Assembly: GCA_902628045.1 (NCBI GenBank)
Contig: CACOLU010000003.1
Coordinates: forward strand, 14,039-78,038
Direction of reading: 5' to 3'
DNA from: an uncultured Candidatus Actinomarina sp.
Lineage (GTDB): Bacteria; Actinomycetota; Acidimicrobiia; Actinomarinales; Actinomarinaceae
Length of the DNA stretch: 64,000 nucleotides
Under the pieces are notes generated by a model. The model had not been told where the DNA came from. It made no database searches and was given only the letters and a program-made list of their open reading frames with translations. Both the position numbers and the translations under genes were made by a program. Within the stretch, counting starts at the first letter, position 1; every line of letters begins with the position of its first letter. Below are positions 1-8,367 of the stretch, one piece after another.

Positions 1-470
1 CGTCTACTCCAAACACAAATTTCTTTATATTTATATCTGGCGCAATTGCAATTTCTGCGATGATTCTTCCGGGAATAAGTGGTTCATTTATTCTTGTATT
101 TTTATCAAAATATGAATTTATATTAAAAGCCTTAAATAGTTTTGATACTGCAGTTATATCTATATTTTTATTAGGTTGCATAGTTGGTCTAGTTACATTT
201 AGTAGAGTTTTCTCCTACCTTTTTAAAAAATACAATGATGTTGTAATTAGTGTTCTTATTGGTTTTCTTTTTGGCTCATTGTTTAAAATTTGGCCTTTTT
301 ATGAAGTTTTAGAGTATAACTCAGCTAATGAACCTATATATACATCTCCAATTTTACCAACAGCTAACCAAAGTAATGATTTGGTATTCTTTTTTACATT
401 TGGAGTAATTGGATTCGTTAGTATGTGGTTATTAGAAAAGAAATTTATAGGTTTAAATAAAGAAATTTAG
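1..470 (+). CDS. DUF368-family integral membrane protein, C-terminal part (5-prime end lies upstream of the window)
   Basis: The frame is open from nt 3 through the ATG at 60, so the gene enters from upstream. It has the AMILPGISGS motif and continuous hydrophobic helices typical of DUF368 proteins. Confidence 0.6.
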   Translation, partial: STPNTNFFIFISGAIAISAMILPGISGSFILVFLSKYEFILKALNSFDTAVISIFLLGCIVGLVTFSRVFSYLFKKYNDVVISVLIGFLFGSLFKIWPFYEVLEYNSANEPIYTSPILPTANQSNDLVFFFTFGVIGFVSMWLLEKKFIGLNKEI

Positions 471-487
471 ACTATTAAAATGATCTT

Positions 488-625
488 ATGAGATTAGGAT
501 TACCAGAACTTTTAATAATTTTAACAATATTGCTTCTACTTTTTGGAGCAAAAAGGCTTCCAGGCTTAGCTAAATCATTAGGAAAATCTACTAAAGAATT
601 CAAATCTGCACTTGAAGAAGAATAA
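488..625 (+). CDS. tatA: Twin-arginine translocase subunit TatA/E (45 aa; below the ORF-track size cutoff)
   Basis: Hand translation gives MRLGLPELLIILTILLLLFGAKRLPGLAKSLGKSTKEFKSALEEE. This is an N-terminal TM helix, an FGxxRLP hinge and an amphipathic helix, the canonical TatA layout. ATG at 488, TAA at 623-625. Confidence 0.85.
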   Translation: MRLGLPELLIILTILLLLFGAKRLPGLAKSLGKSTKEFKSALEEE

Positions 626-627
626 AA

Positions 628-915
628 ATGAAAAAAGTTTCCTTATTGTTTCTTTTTTTATTTATTGCATGTGGAGCTCAAGAGACCACTGAACTTACCA
701 CTGGTAAAGAAATTTATACAGCAAGATGTGCAGCATGCCATCAAGCTGATTTTTCAGGTAGAGCTGGTCCTAGTCTAAAAACGGCAAGAGTTTTAGGTAT
801 GCCTGATTCATATTGGCTTCAAACTATTTTGAATGGTAAAGGATCTATGCCAGCAGTAAGGATTACAGAAGAACAAGCACAGCTTGTTATAGATTATGTT
901 AGGGACAGTAATTAG
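628..915 (+). CDS. Small mono-heme c-type cytochrome, probable lipoprotein
   Basis: Signal peptide with lipobox (LFIAC), a single CAACH heme-binding motif and a downstream GSMP distal-Met motif, as in class I cytochrome c. Confidence 0.8.
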   Translation: MKKVSLLFLFLFIACGAQETTELTTGKEIYTARCAACHQADFSGRAGPSLKTARVLGMPDSYWLQTILNGKGSMPAVRITEEQAQLVIDYVRDSN

Positions 916-2396
916 GCTCTATCTGTAGATTTGTTAAGCTTTTCTAAATCTTTTGTTATATTTTTAAGGACATTTAAGTCTTCTAATCTCCAAACCCAAT
1001 TATTTTCTGTTGTTCCTGGAATGTTAAATCTAGCTTCTTTTCCAAGTTCTAATAAGTCTTGGATAGTTGTAACTGCTAATTGACAAGGTGATTCCCAGAC
1101 AAGAGATATAAAGTTCCAAACATCAGATTCGTATAAAAGAGAACTACTTGCTTTGTATTGATTAAAAAATTGAATTTGAATATCATCAACTTCTTTAAGC
1201 CATTGTTTAATTGTTGGACTGTCATGAGTACCTGTATAGGCAGCAATATTAAAATCCCACTCTTTTGGATGGATTTCATTGTGTTTACTGTCGTTAGGTA
1301 TTCTTTGTTGAAGTACTTTCATTCCTGGGATATTAAAGTTACTTAATACGTCAGCAGTTTCTTGTAAGACAACACCAAGATCTTCAGCGAGTAATTTATT
1401 AAAGTCAATTGATTTAGAAACAACATCAAAAAATGTTTTCCACGGACCTGATCTCCAATGACCATTTAGGGCAGGTTCATTTTTAGGAATAGCCCAAAAT
1501 TGAAAAAAACCAACAAAATGATCAATTCTTAAGTAATCATAATTTTTCAAATTATAATCTAATTTTTCAATCCAATATTTATATCCTTCTTCTTTATGAT
1601 TATCCCATTTATAAAGTGCAGTATTCCATACTTGCCCCTCTACAGTAAAGTCATCTGGAACAGCACCTGATACAAAACTCATTTCATTATTATCACCTAA
1701 ATCAAAAAGGTGTTGATTTAGCCATACATCTGCTGAATTATGATTGACATAAATAGGTATATCACCAAGGATTTTTACATTATTACTGTTGGCATATGAC
1801 TTAATATTTTGCCATTGATTATCGAACTCGTATTGTAAATATATATTTTTTGTAAATGTGTTTAAATATTTACTAAATACTTCATCAAAAAGTGATTCTG
1901 AATAGTTTTGGTATTTTTTAGACCAAGTGTTCCATGATCCTTCATAAACTTCACTTAAAGTTAAAAATGTAATGTGTTGTTTCTTTAAATCATTTTCAAT
2001 ATAGTCTCTATATTCTTGGTCGTTGATATTGACTCTTTCGGAAAGTTTCTTGTACAAATTATTTTTATTACTGTAAACCAATTTATAGTCAACTTTGTCA
2101 GAGTTATTTATTTTTATTTCACTTAATTCATCACCAGTAAAAACATTATTTTTTAATTTATTTAATGAAACAATATACGGATTTCCAAGAATAGAGGATT
2201 TGCTTGAATAAGGAGAGTACTCAATATTGTCAGTAATGCCTAATGGCAGTACTTGCCAAACTTGGGTTTTTGATTCGCAAAGTAAGTCAATAAACCTGTA
2301 GCTTTCTTTACCGAAATCTCCAATCCCATAATCACTAGGTAATGAAGTTGGATGTAGAATCAACCCGCTAGATTTATTTATATTCATATGTCTCAA
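912..2396 (-). CDS. malQ: 4-alpha-glucanotransferase (amylomaltase, GH77)
   Basis: 494 aa with GH77 signatures YLRIDHFVGFFQFW, GDIPIYVNHNSADVW and YTGTHDSPT. Confidence 0.9.
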   Translation of the reverse strand: MRHMNINKSSGLILHPTSLPSDYGIGDFGKESYRFIDLLCESKTQVWQVLPLGITDNIEYSPYSSKSSILGNPYIVSLNKLKNNVFTGDELSEIKINNSDKVDYKLVYSNKNNLYKKLSERVNINDQEYRDYIENDLKKQHITFLTLSEVYEGSWNTWSKKYQNYSESLFDEVFSKYLNTFTKNIYLQYEFDNQWQNIKSYANSNNVKILGDIPIYVNHNSADVWLNQHLFDLGDNNEMSFVSGAVPDDFTVEGQVWNTALYKWDNHKEEGYKYWIEKLDYNLKNYDYLRIDHFVGFFQFWAIPKNEPALNGHWRSGPWKTFFDVVSKSIDFNKLLAEDLGVVLQETADVLSNFNIPGMKVLQQRIPNDSKHNEIHPKEWDFNIAAYTGTHDSPTIKQWLKEVDDIQIQFFNQYKASSSLLYESDVWNFISLVWESPCQLAVTTIQDLLELGKEARFNIPGTTENNWVWRLEDLNVLKNITKDLEKLNKSTDRA

Positions 2397-2437
2397 ATAT
2401 AGAGTACAAAATAAAAAAATAATAGTAAATTAAATTT

Positions 2438-4369
2438 ATGGTAGAAGAGCATACTCCAGAATTTGTAGACGCAGGTGAAAAGCAAAAAATTAATTTTTTT
2501 GAAGGAGATGTTCACCTTGGTCATTATGATTTTCGATTTGACTTCAATGACAAAAAACATTTTTCAATATCAAGAGATGGCACAGGAAGAATTAGAGTTC
2601 ATTCTCAAAAAAATATTTCAAAACTTTGGATACTTTTAGAGGATGAAGATTTTAGACCGATCGAGTTAAGGAAGTATGCTGAAACAGATAGATTTATTTT
2701 TTGGGGGACACAAATACAATTCAAATCATCAGTTGCTAAATTTAGCTTTGCTGCAACTACTAATGATCAGTTAAATATATATTTAGGAACTAGCGGCATT
2801 GCTAATTTTATATCTCCCTCAGAAAAATGGGTTTATGATATCAAAACGTTCCATAGACACACAATTCCAGATTGGGTATATGGAGGAGTTATGTATCAAG
2901 TATTTCCTGAAAGATTTGCTAACGGAGATAGTTCTATTAATCCAAAAAATTTAGTTGAGTGGGGTTCAACTCCTACAAGATTAGATTTTCAGGGAGGAGA
3001 TTTATATGGAGTAATTCAAAATTTGGATCATATTGAATCTTTAGGTGTAAATATTGTTTACCTAAATCCAATATTTCTTTCTACTAGTACACACAAGTAT
3101 GATTCGTGGGATCATTTTAAAGTTGAACCATCATTGGGTGGCGACAACGCTTTAAAAGAACTAATTAAAGAGTGCCACAAAAGGGAAATGAAAATAATAT
3201 TGGATTGTTCTCTTAATCATGTTCATCCAAGACACTTTGGATTTCAAGATCTTGTAAAAAATGGTGAAAAATCAAAATACAAAGATTGGTTTACAGTATT
3301 TGATTATCCAGTCAGATATATCCACAGACCACACCTGTATTCAAACACCTATAAAGTTGGTTGGGATGGTAATGAGGAGGAATACAAAAGGTATTTAGAA
3401 AAAACTTTTGAGGAGACAATGGTTCCAGTAGAAATCAAGGATGATGATGGGCCAATTGTTGAGCCATCATTCAAAGCTTGGTGGGGAGTACCAGATATGC
3501 CTAAGGTAAATTTCGAAAACAAAGATGCAAGACAATGGGCACTTGACGTTACTAAGTATTGGATTGAAAACTTTGACATAGACGGATGGAGAATGGATGT
3601 AGCGAAAGAATTAGACTTTTCTTTCTGGAAAGACTTTAGAGATATTGCATATGGTGCAAAAGAGGATGTCTTACTTATATCTGAGATTTTTGGTGATACT
3701 TCACAATGGCTTCAGGGAGATAGGTTTGATGGAACGATGAATTACTCTTTTAGAGAAACCATGACAGATTATTTTGCAACTAAAAGAATAAACAATAAAG
3801 AATTTGCCGATTCTTTAGCAAATTTGTATTCAATGTATTCATTTGAAGCCCTTTCTTCTTGCCAAAACTTACTTAGCTCTCATGATGTTAAAAGATTCTT
3901 AAATCGATCTGGTAACAATGAAGATGGCATTTTAGGTGCAATATTTTTACAAACAACATTCCCAGGTATTGCTGGAATTTATTATGGTGATGAGATTGGA
4001 TTGGGTGGTGCAGATGACCCATTTAATAGAGAACCATTTCCATGGCATGATCAACCATCATGGAATATGACAATTCTTGAATTCACGAAAACTATGATGA
4101 ATATAAAAAATTCTAATACGATATTTAAATATGGAAGATTTGAATTGTTAAATGATACTGAAGATGTAGTTATTTTTAGAAGGATTTTACAGGATGAGTC
4201 TTTACTTTGTATCGTAAACCGCGATAGGCTAACAAAAGATCTTATTATAAATACAAATGCCCACAGCATTGATGTTATATATGGTGATTTCGAAGCAATT
4301 TTAGAAGATGGCTATATTAAAATTACAAAAAACCATGGCGATATTGGTTTAATTATTCACGAAAAATAA
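2438..4369 (+). CDS. GH13 alpha-amylase-family enzyme (neopullulanase / cyclomaltodextrinase / maltogenic amylase-like)
   Basis: All four GH13 conserved regions are visible: DCSLNHV (I), DGWRMDVAKE (II), SEIFGD (III), LLSSHDVKR (IV). There is an N-terminal extra domain of about 140 aa and no signal peptide. Confidence 0.85.
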   Translation: MVEEHTPEFVDAGEKQKINFFEGDVHLGHYDFRFDFNDKKHFSISRDGTGRIRVHSQKNISKLWILLEDEDFRPIELRKYAETDRFIFWGTQIQFKSSVAKFSFAATTNDQLNIYLGTSGIANFISPSEKWVYDIKTFHRHTIPDWVYGGVMYQVFPERFANGDSSINPKNLVEWGSTPTRLDFQGGDLYGVIQNLDHIESLGVNIVYLNPIFLSTSTHKYDSWDHFKVEPSLGGDNALKELIKECHKREMKIILDCSLNHVHPRHFGFQDLVKNGEKSKYKDWFTVFDYPVRYIHRPHLYSNTYKVGWDGNEEEYKRYLEKTFEETMVPVEIKDDDGPIVEPSFKAWWGVPDMPKVNFENKDARQWALDVTKYWIENFDIDGWRMDVAKELDFSFWKDFRDIAYGAKEDVLLISEIFGDTSQWLQGDRFDGTMNYSFRETMTDYFATKRINNKEFADSLANLYSMYSFEALSSCQNLLSSHDVKRFLNRSGNNEDGILGAIFLQTTFPGIAGIYYGDEIGLGGADDPFNREPFPWHDQPSWNMTILEFTKTMMNIKNSNTIFKYGRFELLNDTEDVVIFRRILQDESLLCIVNRDRLTKDLIINTNAHSIDVIYGDFEAILEDGYIKITKNHGDIGLIIHEK

Positions 4370-4485
4370 TATTTGTGCATTTGTGCAATGTTTTTGTATT
4401 TTAATTAGAAATAATTCTATTTATACGTTAGATTGATCATTGTCATTCTTTAAGAATGAATATACGTATATACGAAAGGGAGTAT

Positions 4486-5790
4486 ATGAAAACTAATAAA
4501 TTACGATTAATCGTATTTTTATTGATGTTTTCTTTAGTGGCCGTGGCATGTGGTGGAGATACTGCAGATGATGCAGCAGAAGCACCAGAAGCTACAGAGG
4601 CACCTCAAGAAACATTAGCTGCTCCTGCAACCACAGCGCCACCACCTGAAGTAATAGTGGTATGGGCTGAAGAAAAAGTTGCAAATGCTTTAGATCCATT
4701 AGTTGGCGCTTATGAAGCTGCTGCTGGTGTTGATGTAGAGGTAGTTGTTTATGATTTCGGTGCTATAAGAACAGACGTTCAAACTGCTGGTCCAGCAGGT
4801 GAAGGTCCAGATGTATTCTTAGGAGCACATGACTGGGTTGGAGAATTAGCAGCAAACGGTGTAGTTTCACCATTAGATTTAGGTTCTGTAGCATCTGACT
4901 TATATGAAGTTGGAGTAACAGCTTTTAGTTATGGCGGAGAAGTCTACGGATTTCCTTATGCAACAGAAGCTATTGCCATGTATTACAATGCAGATTTAGT
5001 TGATTCAGTCCCAACAACATGGGAAGACGCAAAAGCTGCTTGTGACGCTGCAGGAACTGAACTTTGCGTTGGTGCACCAGGTGGTGGAGGAGGCGGAGAT
5101 GCATACCACAACCACCCATTTGTCGCATCAGCTGGAGGTTATGTTTTCGCATCTGAAGGCGGATTCGACGCATCAGATGTTGGTTTAGATAATGCTGGAG
5201 CTATTGCTTCTGCTGAATTCCTTGATGGACTTGTTAAAAATGGAACAGTTGCATCCACAGACTATGGTGGCTCTATGACTGCATTCCAAGAAGGTCGTTC
5301 ATTATTCTGGATGACTGGTCCATGGGCTAGAGGAGATGCTAGCGCAGTTAATTATGGTGTTGGATTAATTCCTCAGTTTGACGGAAATGCAGCTACTCCA
5401 TTTGTAGGTGTTAGAGGTGCAATGGTTTCATCATTTAGTAATAAGCAAGTTTTAGCACAGAGCTTTATTCTTGACTTTTTTGCAACTGTTGAAGTTCAAC
5501 AAGCAATGTATGAATCTGACCCAAGACTACCTGCTACAAAATCATTATTTGCAGTAGTCGAAGCTGCTGATCCTATCGCAGCTGTTTTTGCAGCTAGCGC
5601 TGCAAATGGTATTCCTATGCCAAATATTCCAGAAATGGGAAGTGTATGGGGACCATTCGGAGATGCCTTGTTAATAATTAGGGACCAAAACTATGGTACT
5701 AATGAAGAAACAGGTGTAACAGTTAGCAATGCAACTGATGCTATGAAATTAGCAGCAGAACAAATTCGTAATGCAATTGCTGGTGGTTAA
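4486..5790 (+). CDS. Maltose/maltodextrin-type ABC transporter substrate-binding lipoprotein
   Basis: MalE-like family-1 SBP. AAAGGGAG RBS lies before the ATG at 4486. Signal peptide plus lipobox (LVAVAC), then an Ala/Pro/Glu-rich tether. The ORF-track start at 4456 is less likely. Confidence 0.85.
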   Translation: MKTNKLRLIVFLLMFSLVAVACGGDTADDAAEAPEATEAPQETLAAPATTAPPPEVIVVWAEEKVANALDPLVGAYEAAAGVDVEVVVYDFGAIRTDVQTAGPAGEGPDVFLGAHDWVGELAANGVVSPLDLGSVASDLYEVGVTAFSYGGEVYGFPYATEAIAMYYNADLVDSVPTTWEDAKAACDAAGTELCVGAPGGGGGGDAYHNHPFVASAGGYVFASEGGFDASDVGLDNAGAIASAEFLDGLVKNGTVASTDYGGSMTAFQEGRSLFWMTGPWARGDASAVNYGVGLIPQFDGNAATPFVGVRGAMVSSFSNKQVLAQSFILDFFATVEVQQAMYESDPRLPATKSLFAVVEAADPIAAVFAASAANGIPMPNIPEMGSVWGPFGDALLIIRDQNYGTNEETGVTVSNATDAMKLAAEQIRNAIAGG

Positions 5791-5811
5791 TTTTTAATTA
5801 ATCTATATTAA

Positions 5812-5841
5812 ATTGGGGCTCTGTTGAGCCCCAATTTTTTT
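5812..5841 (+). terminator. Rho-independent terminator / intercistronic attenuator between the SBP and permease genes
   Basis: 10-bp stem ATTGGGGCTC / GAGCCCCAAT with loop TGTT, followed by a T-run. It ends 2 nt before the malF-like ATG. Confidence 0.75.
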
Positions 5842-5842
5842 A

Positions 5843-7444
5843 ATGATATATTTAAGTATGACTCTCTCAAAAATTTCAAGGTATGTATTATTAGCTATAT
5901 TCAATGCATTAATTGTCTACACAATACCTCTTGCTTTAACATTTGAATCTTGGTTCTTTTTATCATTAACTTTAGTTATTGGAATTTTAGTAAATGTTGT
6001 TTATTTTACTGATAGATTTCAACCTATGAAATGGATACTTCCAGGTATGATCTTTATGATATCTTTTGTTGTATTTCCCGCTATTTACAATACCTTTGTT
6101 TCTTTTACTAATTGGTCCACTGGACATATTCTTACTAAAGCACAAGCAATAAGTGTTTTAGAAGATCGTGTATTTACACCAGATGATCAAAAAGGACTTG
6201 AATTTGAAATGTATATTCTTCAAGATCAAGATTTAAAATTTTATTATGTTGCTAATTTAGATTCTGATAATATCTTATTTGGAAGGGCAGTTTCAGATGA
6301 TGAGATATTCTCTACATCTTATGCGACCCACGAACCGTCACTTTTTATTAATGGCGAGTTTTCAATACCAGATGGTTTTTATCAACTTTCTGGAAAAGAA
6401 CAAATAGCTAATTCAACGACTTTGCAAGAACTCTCACTTGTAATTGATCAAAATACTCGAGCACAATTATATAAAATATCAGTTTTTGGAGCTTCAACAG
6501 GTCGCCTAACTTCCACTTCACAACTTTATACATATGATGAATTGAACGATGTCTTAATTAATAATGCGACCAATAGTATATGCCCAGTGATAAAAGATAA
6601 TTTTGAATGTGATGGTAATGAGATTGAACCAGGTTGGAGAGTTTATGTTGGTGGTGAAAATTACAGAAAACTTTTTTCTAGTCAGAGAATTAGAGGCCCA
6701 TTAAATATTGTGACTAAATGGACATTTCAATTTGCTTTGCTGTCTGTCATTTTTTCTTTTGCAGTTGGACTTCTCTTAAGTGTGATCTTAAACAAGGATG
6801 GCTTAAAATTTCAAAGAATCTATCGATCTGTCTTTATACTTCCGTATGCTATACCAGCATTTGTTTCAGCCCTTGTATGGAAAGGGTTGTTAAACCCTGA
6901 TTACGGAGTTATTAATTCGTGGCTTGGTCCATTGTATGAAATATTAGATGTAGAGCCTGTGAAATGGCTTAAAACTAAAGAAAGTGCAAGATCTGCTGTT
7001 CTTCTTGTGAATACATGGCTTGGCTTTCCTTATATGTTTTTAATTACAACTGGAGCATTACAATCCATTCCTAAGGAACTTATTGAAGCTGCAAAGGTTG
7101 ATGGTGCAACTGGGCTTCAATCATTTTGGAGGATAACTTTTCCGTTGTTGATGGTCTCTATATCTCCATTACTAATTGGTTCATTTGCATTTAATTTCAA
7201 TAACTTTACTTTGATATTTCTTCTCTCTGGAGGTGGCCCCCCAATTGTTGGTAGTGAGGTTTCTGTAGGATGGACGGATATTTTGATTTCTTTTACTTAC
7301 AAACTTGCAATTTCTGGAGGTAGGGGAAACTTATTTGGACTTGCATCAAGTGTTACAATAATTATTTTTGCTCTTGTTCTAATAATTTCAGCTATTTCAT
7401 TTAGATATACAAAACGATTGGAAAGAATTTATGGAAACATTTAA
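5843..7444 (+). CDS. Maltodextrin ABC transporter permease, MalF-like, with a large extracytoplasmic loop
   Basis: 533 aa. Has the EAA-type motif region (IEAAKVDGATGLQSFWRITFPLL), multiple TM helices and a soluble loop of about 190 aa after the third helix, as in MalF. The start could instead be the Met at 5858. Confidence 0.85.
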   Translation: MIYLSMTLSKISRYVLLAIFNALIVYTIPLALTFESWFFLSLTLVIGILVNVVYFTDRFQPMKWILPGMIFMISFVVFPAIYNTFVSFTNWSTGHILTKAQAISVLEDRVFTPDDQKGLEFEMYILQDQDLKFYYVANLDSDNILFGRAVSDDEIFSTSYATHEPSLFINGEFSIPDGFYQLSGKEQIANSTTLQELSLVIDQNTRAQLYKISVFGASTGRLTSTSQLYTYDELNDVLINNATNSICPVIKDNFECDGNEIEPGWRVYVGGENYRKLFSSQRIRGPLNIVTKWTFQFALLSVIFSFAVGLLLSVILNKDGLKFQRIYRSVFILPYAIPAFVSALVWKGLLNPDYGVINSWLGPLYEILDVEPVKWLKTKESARSAVLLVNTWLGFPYMFLITTGALQSIPKELIEAAKVDGATGLQSFWRITFPLLMVSISPLLIGSFAFNFNNFTLIFLLSGGGPPIVGSEVSVGWTDILISFTYKLAISGGRGNLFGLASSVTIIIFALVLIISAISFRYTKRLERIYGNI

Positions 7445-8297
7445 ATTTTTTAATTGGGTTAAAGAATATGGTTGGAGACATTTTGTAGCATTAATATTTG
7501 TAACATTTGCTATATATCCGATTTTATTTGTTGTAACAAATTCAGTTGCAGATTTTGCTAATTTAACTAATTCAAAATTGATTCCAGAGGGATTTACTTT
7601 AAAGCATTTCAAATTGCTTTCTTCAGATCCTTTAGTTCCTTATTTCAAGTGGCTTTACAATACCTATAAAGTTGCTCTAATAGCCGCTATCTTTAATGTT
7701 TTTCTTGGAACATTAGCCGCATATGCATTTTCTAGACTTCAGTTTAAGGGTCGAAGAGCAAGTTTATTGACATTAGTAATTGTTCAAATGTTTCCATCAT
7801 TCTTAGCATTTGTTGCTATATATCTTCTGTTTTTTCAAATCAGCGACATAGCTCCTTTTATGGGACTTGGTACACATTTTGGATTAATACTTGTATACCT
7901 CGGAGGATCAATCGGTTTCAATTCTTGGCTGATCAAGGGTTTTATGGATACAATTTCACCTTCTCTTGATGAAGCTGCAAAAGTAGATGGTGCAACTGAG
8001 TACCAAATATTTAGGAGAATAATAGCCCCACTTTCTAGACCAATTTTAGTTGTAATTTTTGTAATAACATTTATTGGGATATATTCCGACTTTATTCTTG
8101 CAGCTATATTCTTAAAAGATAAAAATTTATGGACAGTTGCAGTTGGAATTAATACTGTTTTCATTGATGATTTTAATGCAGACTGGGGAGTAATCGCAGC
8201 TTCATCAGTTATAGCTGCAACGCCTATTGCAGTTCTGTTTATCTTTTTTCAAAAGCAAATTACTGGCGGATTAACTGCGGGATCTGTAAAGGGATAA
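7431..8297 (+). CDS. Maltodextrin ABC transporter permease, MalG-like
   Basis: 288 aa, 6 predicted TM helices, EAA motif DEAAKVDGATEYQIFRRIIAPL. Overlaps the preceding permease gene by 14 nt. Confidence 0.9.
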   Translation: METFKFFNWVKEYGWRHFVALIFVTFAIYPILFVVTNSVADFANLTNSKLIPEGFTLKHFKLLSSDPLVPYFKWLYNTYKVALIAAIFNVFLGTLAAYAFSRLQFKGRRASLLTLVIVQMFPSFLAFVAIYLLFFQISDIAPFMGLGTHFGLILVYLGGSIGFNSWLIKGFMDTISPSLDEAAKVDGATEYQIFRRIIAPLSRPILVVIFVITFIGIYSDFILAAIFLKDKNLWTVAVGINTVFIDDFNADWGVIAASSVIAATPIAVLFIFFQKQITGGLTAGSVKG

Positions 8298-8367
8298 ATC
8301 CTAATATTTAATAGCTCATTTACTTTTTTTTAATTAAAATTGAGTATCAGATTCATGGGAGGAAATT

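Noticed and set aside
4443-4459. Small hairpin TCATTCT-TTA-AGAATGA and the tandem TTTGTGCA repeat (4372-4387) upstream of the SBP gene, as a mal operator.
   Set aside because: The stem is 7 bp and AT-rich, and the repeat is only a two-copy 8-mer. Both are easily produced by chance in AT-rich DNA, and no cognate regulator is nearby. Left as unsupported.
4456-4485. ORF-track start MNIRIYEREY for the maltodextrin SBP.
   Set aside because: The AAAGGGAG RBS and a classic signal peptide plus lipobox begin at the ATG at 4486. The upstream extension would bury the signal peptide.
4486-5790. The GC-rich SBP gene as a horizontally transferred island.
   Set aside because: The anomaly is confined to the single SBP gene within an otherwise native-looking operon, and it recurs at a second, unrelated SBP gene. 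Expression- or localisation-linked composition is more parsimonious. It is kept as a finding rather than an HGT call.
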